From: Gammaproteobacteria bacterium
Lineage (GTDB): Bacteria > Pseudomonadota > Gammaproteobacteria > Eutrophobiales > Eutrophobiaceae
Reading direction: 5' to 3'
Length of the DNA: 64,000 nt
Assembly: GCA_965221695.1 (NCBI GenBank)
Contig: OZ244905.1
Span: 1,504,001 to 1,568,000, forward strand
Part shown: positions 27,301 to 39,467 of the stretch, piece by piece
Layout of the letters: each line of letters starts with the position of its first letter
How positions within the stretch are numbered: position 1 is the first letter of the stretch
Translations under genes and position numbers: made by a program
The notes under the pieces: generated by a model
The model's input: the letters and a program-made list of their open reading frames with translations, nothing else
What the model was told of the DNA's origin: nothing
Databases searched by the model: none

Positions 27301-27510
27301 TTGCAAACCTCTTTGATTCAGTAATTTGTCCGAGTATCTCACTACCAATTGATGCGATGATCGCTGAGGATTTACAGATTACCATAATTCATTGACAGCA
27401 AACATCTATCCGATGCTGACAAGCGAGTTGGCGAAATTGTCAGACCAGTATGAGACCATGAAACAGAAAATCATGGACATGTTTTACCGTATGATGGTTT
27501 AATTGATATC

Positions 27511-30003
27511 GTGTCGGAAAACCAAATCACTACATTGTACGAGCGGTACATTCTCGGCCGTCCCCGGTCGGCGCTGGCGGTCCTGCTCGCCCTGTTCGCT
27601 TTTTTTGGCTGGCATGCCAGGGACTTCAAACTGGATGCCTCCACCGATACCCTGATCCTCGAAAGTGACGAAGACCTGCGCACATTGCGTCAGGTGAACA
27701 AGCGTTATGCAACCCGGGAGTTCCTGGTCGTGACGTTCACTCCCGCCACTGACCTGTTCTCGGATGAGTCGCTGGAAACAATTCGCCGGTTGCGGGACGA
27801 CCTGGAACAACTGCCGGGGGTCGATTCGGTGTTCACACTGATCGATGCGCCACTGGTAAAAATCGTCGGCGGCAAACTGGCCGAGGTGGCCACCAACTAT
27901 CGCACATTGGAGGACCCGGAGGTGGACCGGGAGCGGGCGCGGGAAGAACTCCTGGCCAGTCCCATATTCCTGGACCTGCTGATCAGCCGCGATGCCGGAA
28001 CAACGGCGCTGCAGGTCAACCTGAAAAACAACGCGGCCTTCATCGATGCTCAGAAACGGAGAAACGAACTGCTGATAACACGGGACACCGAGGGTCTGAC
28101 CGCAGCGGAACAGCTCGAACTGGCGCAGATCCAGCAACAGTACGATGCGGCCAAGAAGGAAGTCACCCGGCTCAACCATGAAACCGTTGCCGCAACCCGT
28201 GCGGTGATGGACCGCTACCGGGACCGGGGCATCCTTTACCTCGGCGGTATTCCGATGATTGCGGACGACATGATCACGTTCATCAAGAACGACCTGTTGG
28301 TATTTGGCTCAGGCGTATTCGCGTTCCTGATAATCATGTTGTCAATCATCTTCCGCCAGGCCAGGTTCGTGTTGCTGCCCCTGTGCAGTTGCGCGTTTAC
28401 GGTGGTCATCATGATGGGGCTACTGGGCATGACCGGCTGGCCGGTAACGGTGATTTCATCCAATTTCATCTCGCTGATGCTGATTCTCACTATGTCGATG
28501 AACGTGCACCTGGTAGTGCGTTACCGCCAACTGAGCCGTGATTTTGCCGGCCAAGGTCAGAAGCAACTGGTATCCGATACCGTTCGCCGCATGGTCTGGC
28601 CCTGTCTGTACACCGCGTTGACCACGATGATCGGTTTCGGCTCGTTGGTGGTTAGCGATATCAAGCCCGTAATTGATTTCGGCTGGATGATGGCCCTGGG
28701 GCTTTGCGTTACCTTTATGACCTCATTCCTGCTGTTTCCGACGATACTGGTGTCACTGAAGAAAAAGATCACGTATCCGGGCAAGGAAGAGGCGCCATTC
28801 ACCGCGGTACTGGCGAGGTTCACCGAGAAGTTCGGCAACGGCGTGCTGGCAATCGCGCTGCTGCTGGCCGTGCTCAGCGTTTACGGCGTATCACGTTTGA
28901 AGGTTGAAAACAGCTTTGTTAACTACTTCAGCGATTCCACGGAAATACACCAGGGGCTGAAACTGATCGATGATGAACTGGGCGGCACTGCGCCCTTGGA
29001 CGTTGTTCTGAAATTCGATCCGGTCAAGGAATTCGGGGAAGAAGATGCGTCAGAGGACGATGAATTTGCCGACCTGGACGACCTGTTCGGCGGCTTCGAT
29101 ACGGAACCCGCGGACCCGGCGGATTCCTGGTTTACCGCGTACAAGATCGATCGCATCAAAGCGGTGCACGACTACCTGGACAGTCTGCCTGCCGTGGGCA
29201 AGGTCCAGTCACTGGCTTCGGTGCTGCGCCTGGCGGAAGACCTGAACGAGGGCGAGGAGTTCGATGCTTTCGAGCTGGCGATCATCAACAAGAAACTGCC
29301 GCCGGAGATCAAGGAACAACTGATTGATCCGTATATCTCCATCGAGGACAACGAAGCCCGCATCAACATGCGCATCCTGGATTCCCTGCCCGACCTGCGC
29401 CGCAAGCAGTTCCTGGAAAAAATCAGCGCAGACCTGCGTGCCGAATTGGGCCTGACCGACGATGAGTTCCAGGTCAGCGGCGCGATGGTGTTGTACAACA
29501 ATATGCTGCAAAGCCTGTTTACTTCCCAGATTGAAACCCTGGGGGTCGTGATGCTGGGCATTGCCCTGATGTTGCTGGTACTGTTCCGGTCCTTGTCTCT
29601 GGCCATCATCGGCATCCTGCCGAATATCCTGGCTGCCGGCATCATCCTGGGGCTTATGGGCATCCTGGACATCCCCCTGGACATGATGACGATCACCATC
29701 GCCGCGATCACAATCGGCATCGCGGTGGACAACAGCATCCATTACATCTACCGCTTCCGCGAGGAGCGCCCGAACCAGCCGGACTATATTTCCACGCTAC
29801 ACTACTGCCACGCCAACATTGGGCGTGCGGTGTTCTATACGGCTATCACCATCATCATCGGCTTTTCCATCCTGGTGATGTCGAATTTCATACCGACTAT
29901 CTATTTCGGCCTGCTCACAGCGCTGGCGATGTTCATCGCGCTACTTGCAGCCCTCACCCTGCTGCCCAAGCTAATCCTGGTGTTCCGGCCTTTCGGCGAG
30001 TAA
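27511..30003 (+). CDS. MMPL/RND-superfamily transporter
   Basis: 830 aa with two repeats of TM + large periplasmic loop + 5 TM; 'GIAVDNSIHY'. Confidence 0.9.
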   Translation: MSENQITTLYERYILGRPRSALAVLLALFAFFGWHARDFKLDASTDTLILESDEDLRTLRQVNKRYATREFLVVTFTPATDLFSDESLETIRRLRDDLEQLPGVDSVFTLIDAPLVKIVGGKLAEVATNYRTLEDPEVDRERAREELLASPIFLDLLISRDAGTTALQVNLKNNAAFIDAQKRRNELLITRDTEGLTAAEQLELAQIQQQYDAAKKEVTRLNHETVAATRAVMDRYRDRGILYLGGIPMIADDMITFIKNDLLVFGSGVFAFLIIMLSIIFRQARFVLLPLCSCAFTVVIMMGLLGMTGWPVTVISSNFISLMLILTMSMNVHLVVRYRQLSRDFAGQGQKQLVSDTVRRMVWPCLYTALTTMIGFGSLVVSDIKPVIDFGWMMALGLCVTFMTSFLLFPTILVSLKKKITYPGKEEAPFTAVLARFTEKFGNGVLAIALLLAVLSVYGVSRLKVENSFVNYFSDSTEIHQGLKLIDDELGGTAPLDVVLKFDPVKEFGEEDASEDDEFADLDDLFGGFDTEPADPADSWFTAYKIDRIKAVHDYLDSLPAVGKVQSLASVLRLAEDLNEGEEFDAFELAIINKKLPPEIKEQLIDPYISIEDNEARINMRILDSLPDLRRKQFLEKISADLRAELGLTDDEFQVSGAMVLYNNMLQSLFTSQIETLGVVMLGIALMLLVLFRSLSLAIIGILPNILAAGIILGLMGILDIPLDMMTITIAAITIGIAVDNSIHYIYRFREERPNQPDYISTLHYCHANIGRAVFYTAITIIIGFSILVMSNFIPTIYFGLLTALAMFIALLAALTLLPKLILVFRPFGE

Positions 30004-30129
30004 AACCAGGCGCCGGAGGCGACTCTGTACATAAACGGAACTTTTTGAAATAAATTCTTTCTCAATTGCCAGGTTCAAATATAATATAGGGCTGTGCTAT
30101 AGATAAATTCAATCGGGAGATACCAGACC

Positions 30130-30762
30130 ATGAGACGGAAACTTTTCTATTTTGTGATATTGCTGTTGCCGGCGCTGACGGTAACTTCGGCTACAGAGGA
30201 CATTGACAAGCCTGAGGATGTAATTCTGACTACGGTGGATAGCGTGATCGCCCGCATTACCGCGGAAAGAGAGATGCTTGATGCGCAACCGGAAACAGTA
30301 TATGACCTGATAAACGACCTGATCGTGCCCGTCTTCGATTTCAAGAACATGTCCAGGTGGATACTGGGCAAGCATTGGAAGGAGGCCAGTGAAGAGCAAC
30401 GCAACACGTTCACCAATGAATTCCAGGCGCTACTGGTGCGTACTTATGCCAAGGCAGTGCTGGGTTTTACCAACGAGCAGGTCAATTATGTGGAAACCCT
30501 GACAGGCTCCAAGCCCAATATCGTGATGGTAAAGACCGAGATAGAGTCGGACAACGGCGTCACACCGGTCAATTACACGATGCATATCAGCGACGGGAGC
30601 TGGAAAGTAATAAACGTGGCCTTTGAAGGCATAAGCCTGGTCGAGACATACCGGAAGTCTTTTGCCTCCGAGATCCGCAATAACGGCCTGGCAACCCTGT
30701 TGCAGAAGCTGGTGGACAAGAACGAAAAACTGGAACAGTCCCTGGTGACTGAAGATGCCTGA
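30130..30762 (+). CDS. mlaC: MlaC/Ttg2D periplasmic lipid shuttle
   Basis: Signal peptide; 'P.FDF..MSR..LGKHW..AS.EQR..F...F..LLVRTY', 'WKV.NV..EGISLV..YR..F'. Confidence 0.9.
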   Translation: MRRKLFYFVILLLPALTVTSATEDIDKPEDVILTTVDSVIARITAEREMLDAQPETVYDLINDLIVPVFDFKNMSRWILGKHWKEASEEQRNTFTNEFQALLVRTYAKAVLGFTNEQVNYVETLTGSKPNIVMVKTEIESDNGVTPVNYTMHISDGSWKVINVAFEGISLVETYRKSFASEIRNNGLATLLQKLVDKNEKLEQSLVTEDA

Positions 30763-30833
30763 GAAACAGGTTAGCGGCCAATGAGAAACACGGGTAATCC
30801 GCATCGCCGCTTTGTGCGGGAGGAGCGCTGACC

Positions 30834-31094
30834 ATGCAGGTTGAAGACATTGCAGAATTGATTAAATCCGGTGTCCCGGATTGCGAGGTCGAAGTAGATG
30901 GTGACGGCACACATTTCACCGCGATCATCGTGAGCAATGTGTTTGCAGGAAAGAACATGGTACAGCAGCACCAACTGGTCTACGGCGCTCTCGGAGACAA
31001 GATGGGAGGTGAAATCCACGCTCTTTCGATACAAACCTACACACCGGAAGAATGGAAAAAAAAGAGCGCGTTTCGGGTCATCTCTTCGACATAA
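30834..31094 (+). CDS. ibaG: BolA/IbaG family protein
   Basis: 'GDGTHF...IVS..F.G...VQQHQLVY..L......IHALS'; upstream of murA. Confidence 0.9.
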   Translation: MQVEDIAELIKSGVPDCEVEVDGDGTHFTAIIVSNVFAGKNMVQQHQLVYGALGDKMGGEIHALSIQTYTPEEWKKKSAFRVISST

Positions 31095-31101
31095 TCACTG
31101 A

Positions 31102-32364
<1,263 letters not shown>

Positions 32365-32369
32365 AGAAT

Positions 32370-33002
32370 ATGAAAGACAGTATTACAATTGCGGTATCCA
32401 AGGGGCGGATTCTTGCCGAGTCTCTGCCGCTACTCGCACGCGCCGGCGTGCATCCCCAGGATAATCCCGACACCACCCGCAAACTCATATTCGACACCAA
32501 CCAACAAGAGGTACGACTGATCATCATCCGCGCCGCGGATGTGCCCACCTACGTTTTAAACGGCGGCGCTGATCTGGGTATTGCCGGGAAAGATGTGTTG
32601 ATGGAATGTGAGAACGATAACCTGTACGAACCGTTGGACCTGAAGATAGCCCGTTGCCGCCTGATGCTGGCTGGCCTTCGAGACGTCCCGGTAAAACCGG
32701 GCCGTTTGCGGGTTGCCACCAAATATGTTTGGACCACACGCAACTATTTTGCTGAAAAAGGACAGCAGGTGGAGCTCATCAAGCTGTACGGTTCGATGGA
32801 GCTTGCGCCTGTGCTGGGCCTATCGGACCTCATCGTTGACCTGGTCAATAGCGGCAACACCTTGAAACAGAACGGGTTGGAACCACTGGACAAGATCGCT
32901 GAGATAAGCTCCCGTCTTATCGTTAACAAAGCGTCAATGAAGATGAAGCAGGAAATGATCAAGCCGTTCATCCAGCGCCTTGCCGTAGCGGTGCGGCAAT
33001 GA
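32370..33002 (+). CDS. hisG: ATP phosphoribosyltransferase, short form (HisZ-dependent)
   Basis: KGRI, DVPTYV..G.ADLGI.GKDVL.E, GSMELAP; 210 aa with no C-terminal regulatory domain. Confidence 0.97.
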   Translation: MKDSITIAVSKGRILAESLPLLARAGVHPQDNPDTTRKLIFDTNQQEVRLIIIRAADVPTYVLNGGADLGIAGKDVLMECENDNLYEPLDLKIARCRLMLAGLRDVPVKPGRLRVATKYVWTTRNYFAEKGQQVELIKLYGSMELAPVLGLSDLIVDLVNSGNTLKQNGLEPLDKIAEISSRLIVNKASMKMKQEMIKPFIQRLAVAVRQ

Positions 33003-34297
33003 TCGATATTGCAAGGCTGTCGGTTTCCAATCCCGATTTTGAAAGCAGCTTTGCGCAACTGCTTGCCGGCAACGACATCCTTGATCAGACGTTGACCGCA
33101 ACGGTTTCAACCATCCTGAACAACGTCAGGGAAACCGGTGTCACGGCCCTGCTGGAATACACTAACCGGTTTGACCGCCGCAATGCCGGCCCTGGCGACC
33201 TGGAGGTGACGGAAACGGCGTTGGATCATGCCATGACAACCATACCCCAGGACCTGCGCCGGGCTCTGGAAGACGCGACGGAACGGATTACCGCTTATCA
33301 CCGGCATCAAACGGGCCGATCCTGGTCGTTCGAAGACCCGGATGGTTCGACCCTGGGACAACGCGTAACCCCCTTGGATAGGGTGGGGGTTTACGTGCCC
33401 GGCGGCAAGGCCGCTTACCCGTCAACAGTCCTGATGAACACGTTGCCCGCAAAGGTGGCCGGCGTCGGGGAAATCGTTATGACCGTGCCGGCCCCGGACG
33501 GCGAACTGAACCCCGTGGCGCTGGCTGCCGCCCGCATCGCGGGCGTGAACCGGGTCTTTTCCGTCGGCGGCGCGCAAGCTATTGCGGCGCTGGCCTTTGG
33601 CGCCGGACCGATCCCCGCAGTCGACAAGATCGTGGGGCCGGGCAATCGCTACGTGGCCGCCGCCAAACGCCTGGTTTTCGGGGTTGTCGGGATAGATATG
33701 ATCGCAGGTCCTTCAGAAGTGGTGATCGTTGCCGACGGGAGCGCCGATCCGGACTGGATCGCGATGGACATGTTTGCCCAGGCCGAGCATGACGAGGATG
33801 CCAGGGCCATCCTGGTAACGACCGACGCAACCCTGCCCGCAAAGGTCGAAGCCTCCATTAACCGGCAAATCGGCGGCATGGCGCGCGCCGATATTATCCG
33901 CACGGCATTGAACAACAACGGCGCCCTGATCCTGGCTGAGAACCCGGAACAAGCATGTAACATCGTCAACGAGCTGGCGCCGGAACACCTGGAACTTGCG
34001 GTAGAGGACCCGGACAGTTACCTTGAAGCCATCAGGCACGCCGGGGCGATCTTCATCGGTCACTTCGCTGCGGAAGCGTTGGGTGATTATTGTGCCGGTC
34101 CAAATCATGTCCTGCCCACCGGCCGGACGGCAAGATTTTCCTCCCCGCTGGGCGTTTATGACTTCCAGAAACGCACATCCCTGGTGCACTGCACACCTGC
34201 ATCCGCGTCCCGACTGGCCGAAACCGCAACAGTCCTGGCCCGCGCCGAAGGCCTGTCAGCCCACGCCGGCGCCGCGCAACTGCGTATAAAAAAGTGA
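32999..34297 (+). CDS. hisD: Histidinol dehydrogenase
   Basis: [45 protein letters not shown]. Confidence 0.98.
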   Translation: MIDIARLSVSNPDFESSFAQLLAGNDILDQTLTATVSTILNNVRETGVTALLEYTNRFDRRNAGPGDLEVTETALDHAMTTIPQDLRRALEDATERITAYHRHQTGRSWSFEDPDGSTLGQRVTPLDRVGVYVPGGKAAYPSTVLMNTLPAKVAGVGEIVMTVPAPDGELNPVALAAARIAGVNRVFSVGGAQAIAALAFGAGPIPAVDKIVGPGNRYVAAAKRLVFGVVGIDMIAGPSEVVIVADGSADPDWIAMDMFAQAEHDEDARAILVTTDATLPAKVEASINRQIGGMARADIIRTALNNNGALILAENPEQACNIVNELAPEHLELAVEDPDSYLEAIRHAGAIFIGHFAAEALGDYCAGPNHVLPTGRTARFSSPLGVYDFQKRTSLVHCTPASASRLAETATVLARAEGLSAHAGAAQLRIKK

Positions 34298-34298
34298 T

Positions 34299-34446
34299 TA
34301 ACATTGATGTACAGGATATACAGGATTATATTGGAATGGCTCAGTAGCGCCTTCCCTGACTGTGCCAGCTTTATTCACTAACTATATCCGCACCTTCTGA
34401 AATAATTTTTCTTGTTCATCCTGTATATCCTGTACATCCATGTGAA
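34299..34446. repeat. MITE-like inverted-repeat element with 9-bp-periodic arms
   Basis: GATGTACAGGATATACAGGAT (34306-34326) is the perfect reverse complement of 34418-34438. Lies between convergent hisD and degS. Confidence 0.85.
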
Positions 34447-34452
34447 TACAAA

Positions 34453-35565
34453 TTATTGCCTGGGAGCAGGACGCTCCGCAACCTGTATGTTTATCGTCCG
34501 GGTTTCCCAGCCGCGCAGGACTTCCGCGCGAATCACGGAGCCGGGTTCAATCCGGGAAATCATGTTGATCGTATGTTGCGGGCTGAACAAAGGCATGTCG
34601 TTGATCGCAGTCATGATATCGCCGGGTACGATCCCTGCCCGGTCCGCGGGACTGCCCCTGAGCACGGCCACGATCAGTATCCCGCCCTGGTCCAGACCCG
34701 TCGCATCAATGATATCCTGTGGCAGGATCTGAAACTCGACACCAATCCAGCCGCGAATGACATGACCGTATTCAATGATCTGTGTCATCACGTCCAGGGC
34801 CAGGTCAACAGGAATAGCCAGGCCAATACCCTGCGAACCCCCGCTGCTGGAAATGATCGCGGTATTAATCCCTATCAGTTGTCCCTGAGCCGAGATCAGC
34901 GCGCCGCCGGAATTGCCCGGATTGATATCGGCGTCGGTCTGGATGAAATTCTCGAACGTCGTGATGCCGACCCGGTTGCGCCCCGTGGCGCTGACAATGC
35001 CCTGGGTAACTGTCTGCCCGAAATCATAGGGATTACCGATAGCCAGGACCACATCCCCTACCCTGACCTGGTTTGAATCGTTATAGGGGGCGGTATGGAG
35101 GTTGTCCAAGTCCGTTTTCAGGACCGCAAGATCAGTATCGCTGTCCACACCGACGACCTGGGCGCGCGACTGGCGGCCATCGTACAAGGTGATGCGGATT
35201 TCATCGGCATTATTGATCACGTGGGCATTGGTGAGCAAATAACCCCGGCTGTCCATGATCACACCGGAACCCAGGTTGCTGTTGCGCCGCTCGCCGGGAT
35301 TGCGGGGGCCGAAAAAACGCCGGAACAAGGGATCATGGAACAGGGGATGAACGGCGCGCCGCTCAATGTGCGTGGCGTAGACATTGACCACCGCGGGCGC
35401 GACCCCGGCCACCGCCTCGCTATAGGAGACGACGCCCTCTTGGCCACTCCTGCCGGCGCCGCCATCCCGTGCCGAATACAGTCCAGGAAACAGGTACAGC
35501 AACACGAACGCGACAGCCAGTCCAAGAATGACACATTGGGCAATAAATTTAACAGATCTGTCCAC
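34453..35565 (-). CDS. degS: DegS-like serine protease with one PDZ domain
   Basis: N-terminal TM, LTNAHV, TDLAVL, INPGNSGG, single PDZ; usual position next to hisD. Confidence 0.88.
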   Translation of the reverse strand: MDRSVKFIAQCVILGLAVAFVLLYLFPGLYSARDGGAGRSGQEGVVSYSEAVAGVAPAVVNVYATHIERRAVHPLFHDPLFRRFFGPRNPGERRNSNLGSGVIMDSRGYLLTNAHVINNADEIRITLYDGRQSRAQVVGVDSDTDLAVLKTDLDNLHTAPYNDSNQVRVGDVVLAIGNPYDFGQTVTQGIVSATGRNRVGITTFENFIQTDADINPGNSGGALISAQGQLIGINTAIISSSGGSQGIGLAIPVDLALDVMTQIIEYGHVIRGWIGVEFQILPQDIIDATGLDQGGILIVAVLRGSPADRAGIVPGDIMTAINDMPLFSPQHTINMISRIEPGSVIRAEVLRGWETRTINIQVAERPAPRQ

Positions 35566-35655
35566 AGGTGGTATTTTAACCCGAAAATCTCATGAACAGA
35601 GCTTTGCACGCCCCGATTGCATGTAAGTGTTGCACCGGCCAGGGTATTCCTCCGT

Positions 35656-35749
35656 ACCACTTCCGCAAAAGCGGGAGTCCAGTCAAATACGCTGTCGCCC
35701 GAAGGGCGACCCAGTGTTTTACTGGTTTCCTGCTAGCGCGGGAATGGTA
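35656..35749. repeat. REPIN-like element, same family as 21520-21700
   Basis: ACCACTTCCGCAAAAGCGGGAGTCCAG - GTCGCCCGAAGGGCGAC - CTGGTTTCCTGCTAGCGCGGGAATGGT. Confidence 0.85.
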
Positions 35750-35785
35750 TCCTTCATAGGTTATACAACAAAATTTACACAGCAA

Positions 35786-36730
35786 ATGCAACAGGAAGAC
35801 TTTACTGTAATCGTGCCGGAGCAACATGACGGCAAACGGCTGGACCAGGCACTGGCCCTGTTGTGCCCGCGCCATTCCCGTTCGCGCCTGCAGGCGTGGA
35901 TCAGGAACGGCTTTGTTACCGTGGATGGCGCCGGCCTGAAGCAGAAAGATACCGTCCGCAGTGGGCAGTCAATCAGGGTCTGCGCGACGTTTGACGATCA
36001 CAATGAAAACTGGGCCGGGCAGGACATACCCATTGACATCATCTACGAAGATGAGGACATCCTGGCAGTCAACAAGCAGCCCGGTATCACCGTGCATCCG
36101 GGCGCCGGCAACCCGGACCGCACCCTGGTCAACGCGCTGCTGTATTACGCGCCGCAACTGGCAAAAGTCCCCCGGGCCGGCATAGTGCAGCGGCTGGACA
36201 AGGACACCTCGGGCATCATGGTGGTCGCGAAGACGCCGGAGTCCCATACCAGGCTGGTCCGGGACCTGCAGCGGAGGAATATCACCCGGAGCTACCGGGC
36301 CATTGTCCACGGGACGCTGATCAGCGGGGGTACCGTAGACGCTCCCATAGGCAGACATCCCAGCCTGCGCACGCGCATGGCCGTCACCGACAAGGGCAAA
36401 CCCGCAGTCACGCATTACCGGATCGTCAAGAAGTTCCCCGCTTGCACGGATACCAGGGTGAAACTCGAGACGGGACGCACGCATCAAATTCGGGTTCACA
36501 TGGCGCACCTGGGCCATCCCATCATTGGCGACCCGGTGTACGGCGGCAGAAAGCGCCTTGCAAAAAACCTGTCCGCCTCGCTCAGGGAAGCGCTGGCCGC
36601 ATTTCCCAGGCAGGCGCTGCACGCGGCAAGACTCGAATTGCAACACCCCATAAGCGGCAACTTGCTGGAACTGGAAGCGCCCCTGGCCGCGGACATTGTG
36701 CAACTTCTTGAACAGATAGGCAATGACTGA
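35786..36730 (+). CDS. rluD: 23S rRNA pseudouridine synthase RluD
   Basis: S4 domain, VHPGAG, RLDKDTSG, LETGRTHQIRVH, RQALHA. Probable ATG at 35786; the longer ORF runs through the repeat. Confidence 0.95.
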   Translation: MQQEDFTVIVPEQHDGKRLDQALALLCPRHSRSRLQAWIRNGFVTVDGAGLKQKDTVRSGQSIRVCATFDDHNENWAGQDIPIDIIYEDEDILAVNKQPGITVHPGAGNPDRTLVNALLYYAPQLAKVPRAGIVQRLDKDTSGIMVVAKTPESHTRLVRDLQRRNITRSYRAIVHGTLISGGTVDAPIGRHPSLRTRMAVTDKGKPAVTHYRIVKKFPACTDTRVKLETGRTHQIRVHMAHLGHPIIGDPVYGGRKRLAKNLSASLREALAAFPRQALHAARLELQHPISGNLLELEAPLAADIVQLLEQIGND

Positions 36731-36752
36731 ATTGGAAGGAGTGAGAAAAATA

Positions 36753-36778
36753 CTTGAATCACTGCGCGATGCCCATAT
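36753..36778 (+). promoter_or_regulatory. Sigma32 (RpoH) promoter of clpB
   Basis: CTTGAA-13 bp-CCCATAT, 50 nt upstream of clpB. Confidence 0.75.
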
Positions 36779-36828
36779 TTAACTACTGTAACAGGCCAAG
36801 AAAACTCTGAGCTTAATGTAATTGACCA

Positions 36829-39405
36829 ATGCGTACAGACCGATTGACCAGCAAATTCCAACAGGCCCTGGGAGACGCCCGGAGCCTCGCGCTCGGGCGC
36901 GATAACCAGTTTATCGAACCGCTGCACCTGATGGCCGCGCTGCTGGACCAGGAAGGCGGTTCAACCACTCACCTGCTCGCCCTCGCCGGCGTGGATACCG
37001 ACCGGTTACACCAGGGAATAAGCCGCGCCCTGGAGAATTTACCCCGGATCCAGGGACACGACGGCGAGGTATACGTATCCAAGGACCTGGAACGCTTGCT
37101 TAACCTGACGGACAAGTACGCACAGAAGCGTAATGACCAATATATCTCCAGCGAATTGTTCTCCCTGGCTGCGGTGGACGACAAATCAGGGCTGGGGAAG
37201 TTGATGCGGGAATGCGGCGCAGAAAAACGCAAGCTTGAAGCCGCCATCGGCAAAGTCCGCGGCGGGGAAAGCGTCAATGATCCCAATAGCGAAGACAACC
37301 GCGGGGCGCTGGACAAATTTACCATTGACCTCACCGACCAGGCCATCCAGGGGAAACTGGACCCGGTCATCGGCCGGGACGAGGAGATCCGCCGCACCAT
37401 CCAGGTGTTGCAAAGACGCACGAAAAACAACCCGGTACTGATCGGAGAGCCCGGCGTGGGCAAGACAGCTATTGTCGAGGGGCTGGCGCAACGAATCGTC
37501 AACGGCGAAGTGCCCGATTCCCTGAAAAGCAGACGCCTGCTGTCGCTGGACATGGGCGCGCTCATTGCCGGGGCGAAGTTTCGCGGTGAGTTCGAGGAAC
37601 GCCTGAAAGCGGTGCTAAACGATCTCAAAAAACAGGAGGGCGGCATCATCCTGTTCATTGATGAAGTGCACACCATGGTCGGCGCCGGCAAGGCGGAAGG
37701 GTCGATGGATGCCGGTAACATGCTGAAGCCCGCGCTGGCCAGGGGCGAATTGCATTGCATAGGCGCGACAACCCTGGATGAATATCGCAAGAATATCGAA
37801 AAAGATGCGGCGCTGGAACGGCGTTTCCAGAAAGTGTTTATCGGCGAACCCAACGTAAATGACACCATAGCTATCCTGCGCGGTCTGAAAGAACGTTACG
37901 AAGTGCACCACAACGTGCAGATTACCGACCCTGCGATCATCTCCGCGGCAACGCTTGGACAGCGCTACATTACCGATCGGCAGTTGCCGGACAAGGCGAT
38001 AGACCTGATCGATGAAGCCGCGAGCCGCATCAGCATCGAGATCGATTCCAAGCCGGAGGCGATGGACCGGCTGGAACGGCGCCTTATCCAGATGAAGATC
38101 GAACGCGAGGCCCTGAAAAAGGAAACCGATGACGCGTCGAAACAGCGCCTGGCAGACCTGGATAGCGAAATCAACCGGGTTGAGCGGGAATTCGCCGACC
38201 TCGAAGAGATATGGAGAGCGGAGAAAGCGGCATTACAGGGCGCGCACGAGATCAAGGAACGGCTGGAACAGGCGCGCATGGAGTTCGAGACTGCGCAACG
38301 GGCCGGCGATCTCAACCGCATGTCGGAGTTGCAATACGGCATCATCCCCGATCTCGAAAAACAACTGGAAAACGCCGAACGGGCAGAAACCGAGCCGTTG
38401 CAACTGCTGCGCAACAAGGTCACCGAGAACGAGATCGCGGAAGTGGTATCGAGGTGGACGGGGATACCGGTCGCCAAGATGCTGCAGGGTGAAAAAGACA
38501 AGTTGCTGCAGATGGAAGATGCATTGCGCAAACGCGTGGTCGGCCAGGATGAAGCGATTGTCGCGGTCGCAGACGCGATACGGCGCGCCCGCGCCGGGTT
38601 GTCCGACCCCAACCGGCCAAACGGCTCATTTATTTTCCTCGGACCCACCGGCGTGGGCAAGACTGAATTGTGCAAGTCGCTGGCGGACTTCCTGTTCGAC
38701 AGCGAGGACGCGATCGTCCGCATCGACATGTCCGAATACATGGAGAAGCACTCGGTGTCCAGGTTGATCGGCGCGCCGCCGGGCTACGTTGGTTATGACG
38801 AAGGCGGTCAGTTGACCGAACAGGTGCGCCGCAGACCGTACAGCCTGGTACTGCTGGACGAGGTGGAAAAAGCCCACCCCGATGTTTTCAACGTGCTGCT
38901 GCAGGTGCTGGATGACGGGCGCCTGACCGACGGCCAGGGCCGCACGGTCGACTTCCGCAACACCGTCATAATCATGACCTCGAACCTGGGTTCGGACCAG
39001 ATCCGGGAACTGTCCGACGACGCGGATTACGACACGATGAAAGCAACGGTGCTGGAAATCGTGTCCGCATACTTCCGGCCGGAATTTCTCAACCGGATTG
39101 ATGACCTGGTGGTGTTCCACTCGCTGAAGCGCGCGCAACTCACCGCGATCACCGAAATCCAAGTGAACCGGCTGCAACAGCGCCTGGCTGACCAGGGTAT
39201 CGATATCTCTCTCTCGGACAAGGCCAAGGAGACCCTGGCCAATATCGGCTATGACCCGGTCTATGGCGCCCGGCCGCTGAAACGGGCCGTGCAGACGCAC
39301 CTCGAAACCCCCCTGGCCAGGGAACTGCTGGCAGGCAAATTTCACTCCGAGAGTACCATTCTCGTGGATGCCGAAGACGGCGTCCTCAACTTCACTGCCG
39401 GGTAG
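36829..39405 (+). CDS. clpB: Chaperone ClpB
   Basis: 858 aa; two AAA+ modules ([16 protein letters not shown]), coiled-coil middle domain, [11 protein letters not shown]. Confidence 0.98.
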   Translation: MRTDRLTSKFQQALGDARSLALGRDNQFIEPLHLMAALLDQEGGSTTHLLALAGVDTDRLHQGISRALENLPRIQGHDGEVYVSKDLERLLNLTDKYAQKRNDQYISSELFSLAAVDDKSGLGKLMRECGAEKRKLEAAIGKVRGGESVNDPNSEDNRGALDKFTIDLTDQAIQGKLDPVIGRDEEIRRTIQVLQRRTKNNPVLIGEPGVGKTAIVEGLAQRIVNGEVPDSLKSRRLLSLDMGALIAGAKFRGEFEERLKAVLNDLKKQEGGIILFIDEVHTMVGAGKAEGSMDAGNMLKPALARGELHCIGATTLDEYRKNIEKDAALERRFQKVFIGEPNVNDTIAILRGLKERYEVHHNVQITDPAIISAATLGQRYITDRQLPDKAIDLIDEAASRISIEIDSKPEAMDRLERRLIQMKIEREALKKETDDASKQRLADLDSEINRVEREFADLEEIWRAEKAALQGAHEIKERLEQARMEFETAQRAGDLNRMSELQYGIIPDLEKQLENAERAETEPLQLLRNKVTENEIAEVVSRWTGIPVAKMLQGEKDKLLQMEDALRKRVVGQDEAIVAVADAIRRARAGLSDPNRPNGSFIFLGPTGVGKTELCKSLADFLFDSEDAIVRIDMSEYMEKHSVSRLIGAPPGYVGYDEGGQLTEQVRRRPYSLVLLDEVEKAHPDVFNVLLQVLDDGRLTDGQGRTVDFRNTVIIMTSNLGSDQIRELSDDADYDTMKATVLEIVSAYFRPEFLNRIDDLVVFHSLKRAQLTAITEIQVNRLQQRLADQGIDISLSDKAKETLANIGYDPVYGARPLKRAVQTHLETPLARELLAGKFHSESTILVDAEDGVLNFTAG

Positions 39406-39467
39406 GCCCGGTTTTAAATCCGTGCCTGTTTACGCGATACTGAGGCGACTTACGATGCGCAACACCG

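Noticed and set aside
35627-35785. N-terminal extension of RluD
   Set aside because: The frame is simply open through the REPIN-like repeat; RluD homology begins near 35786.
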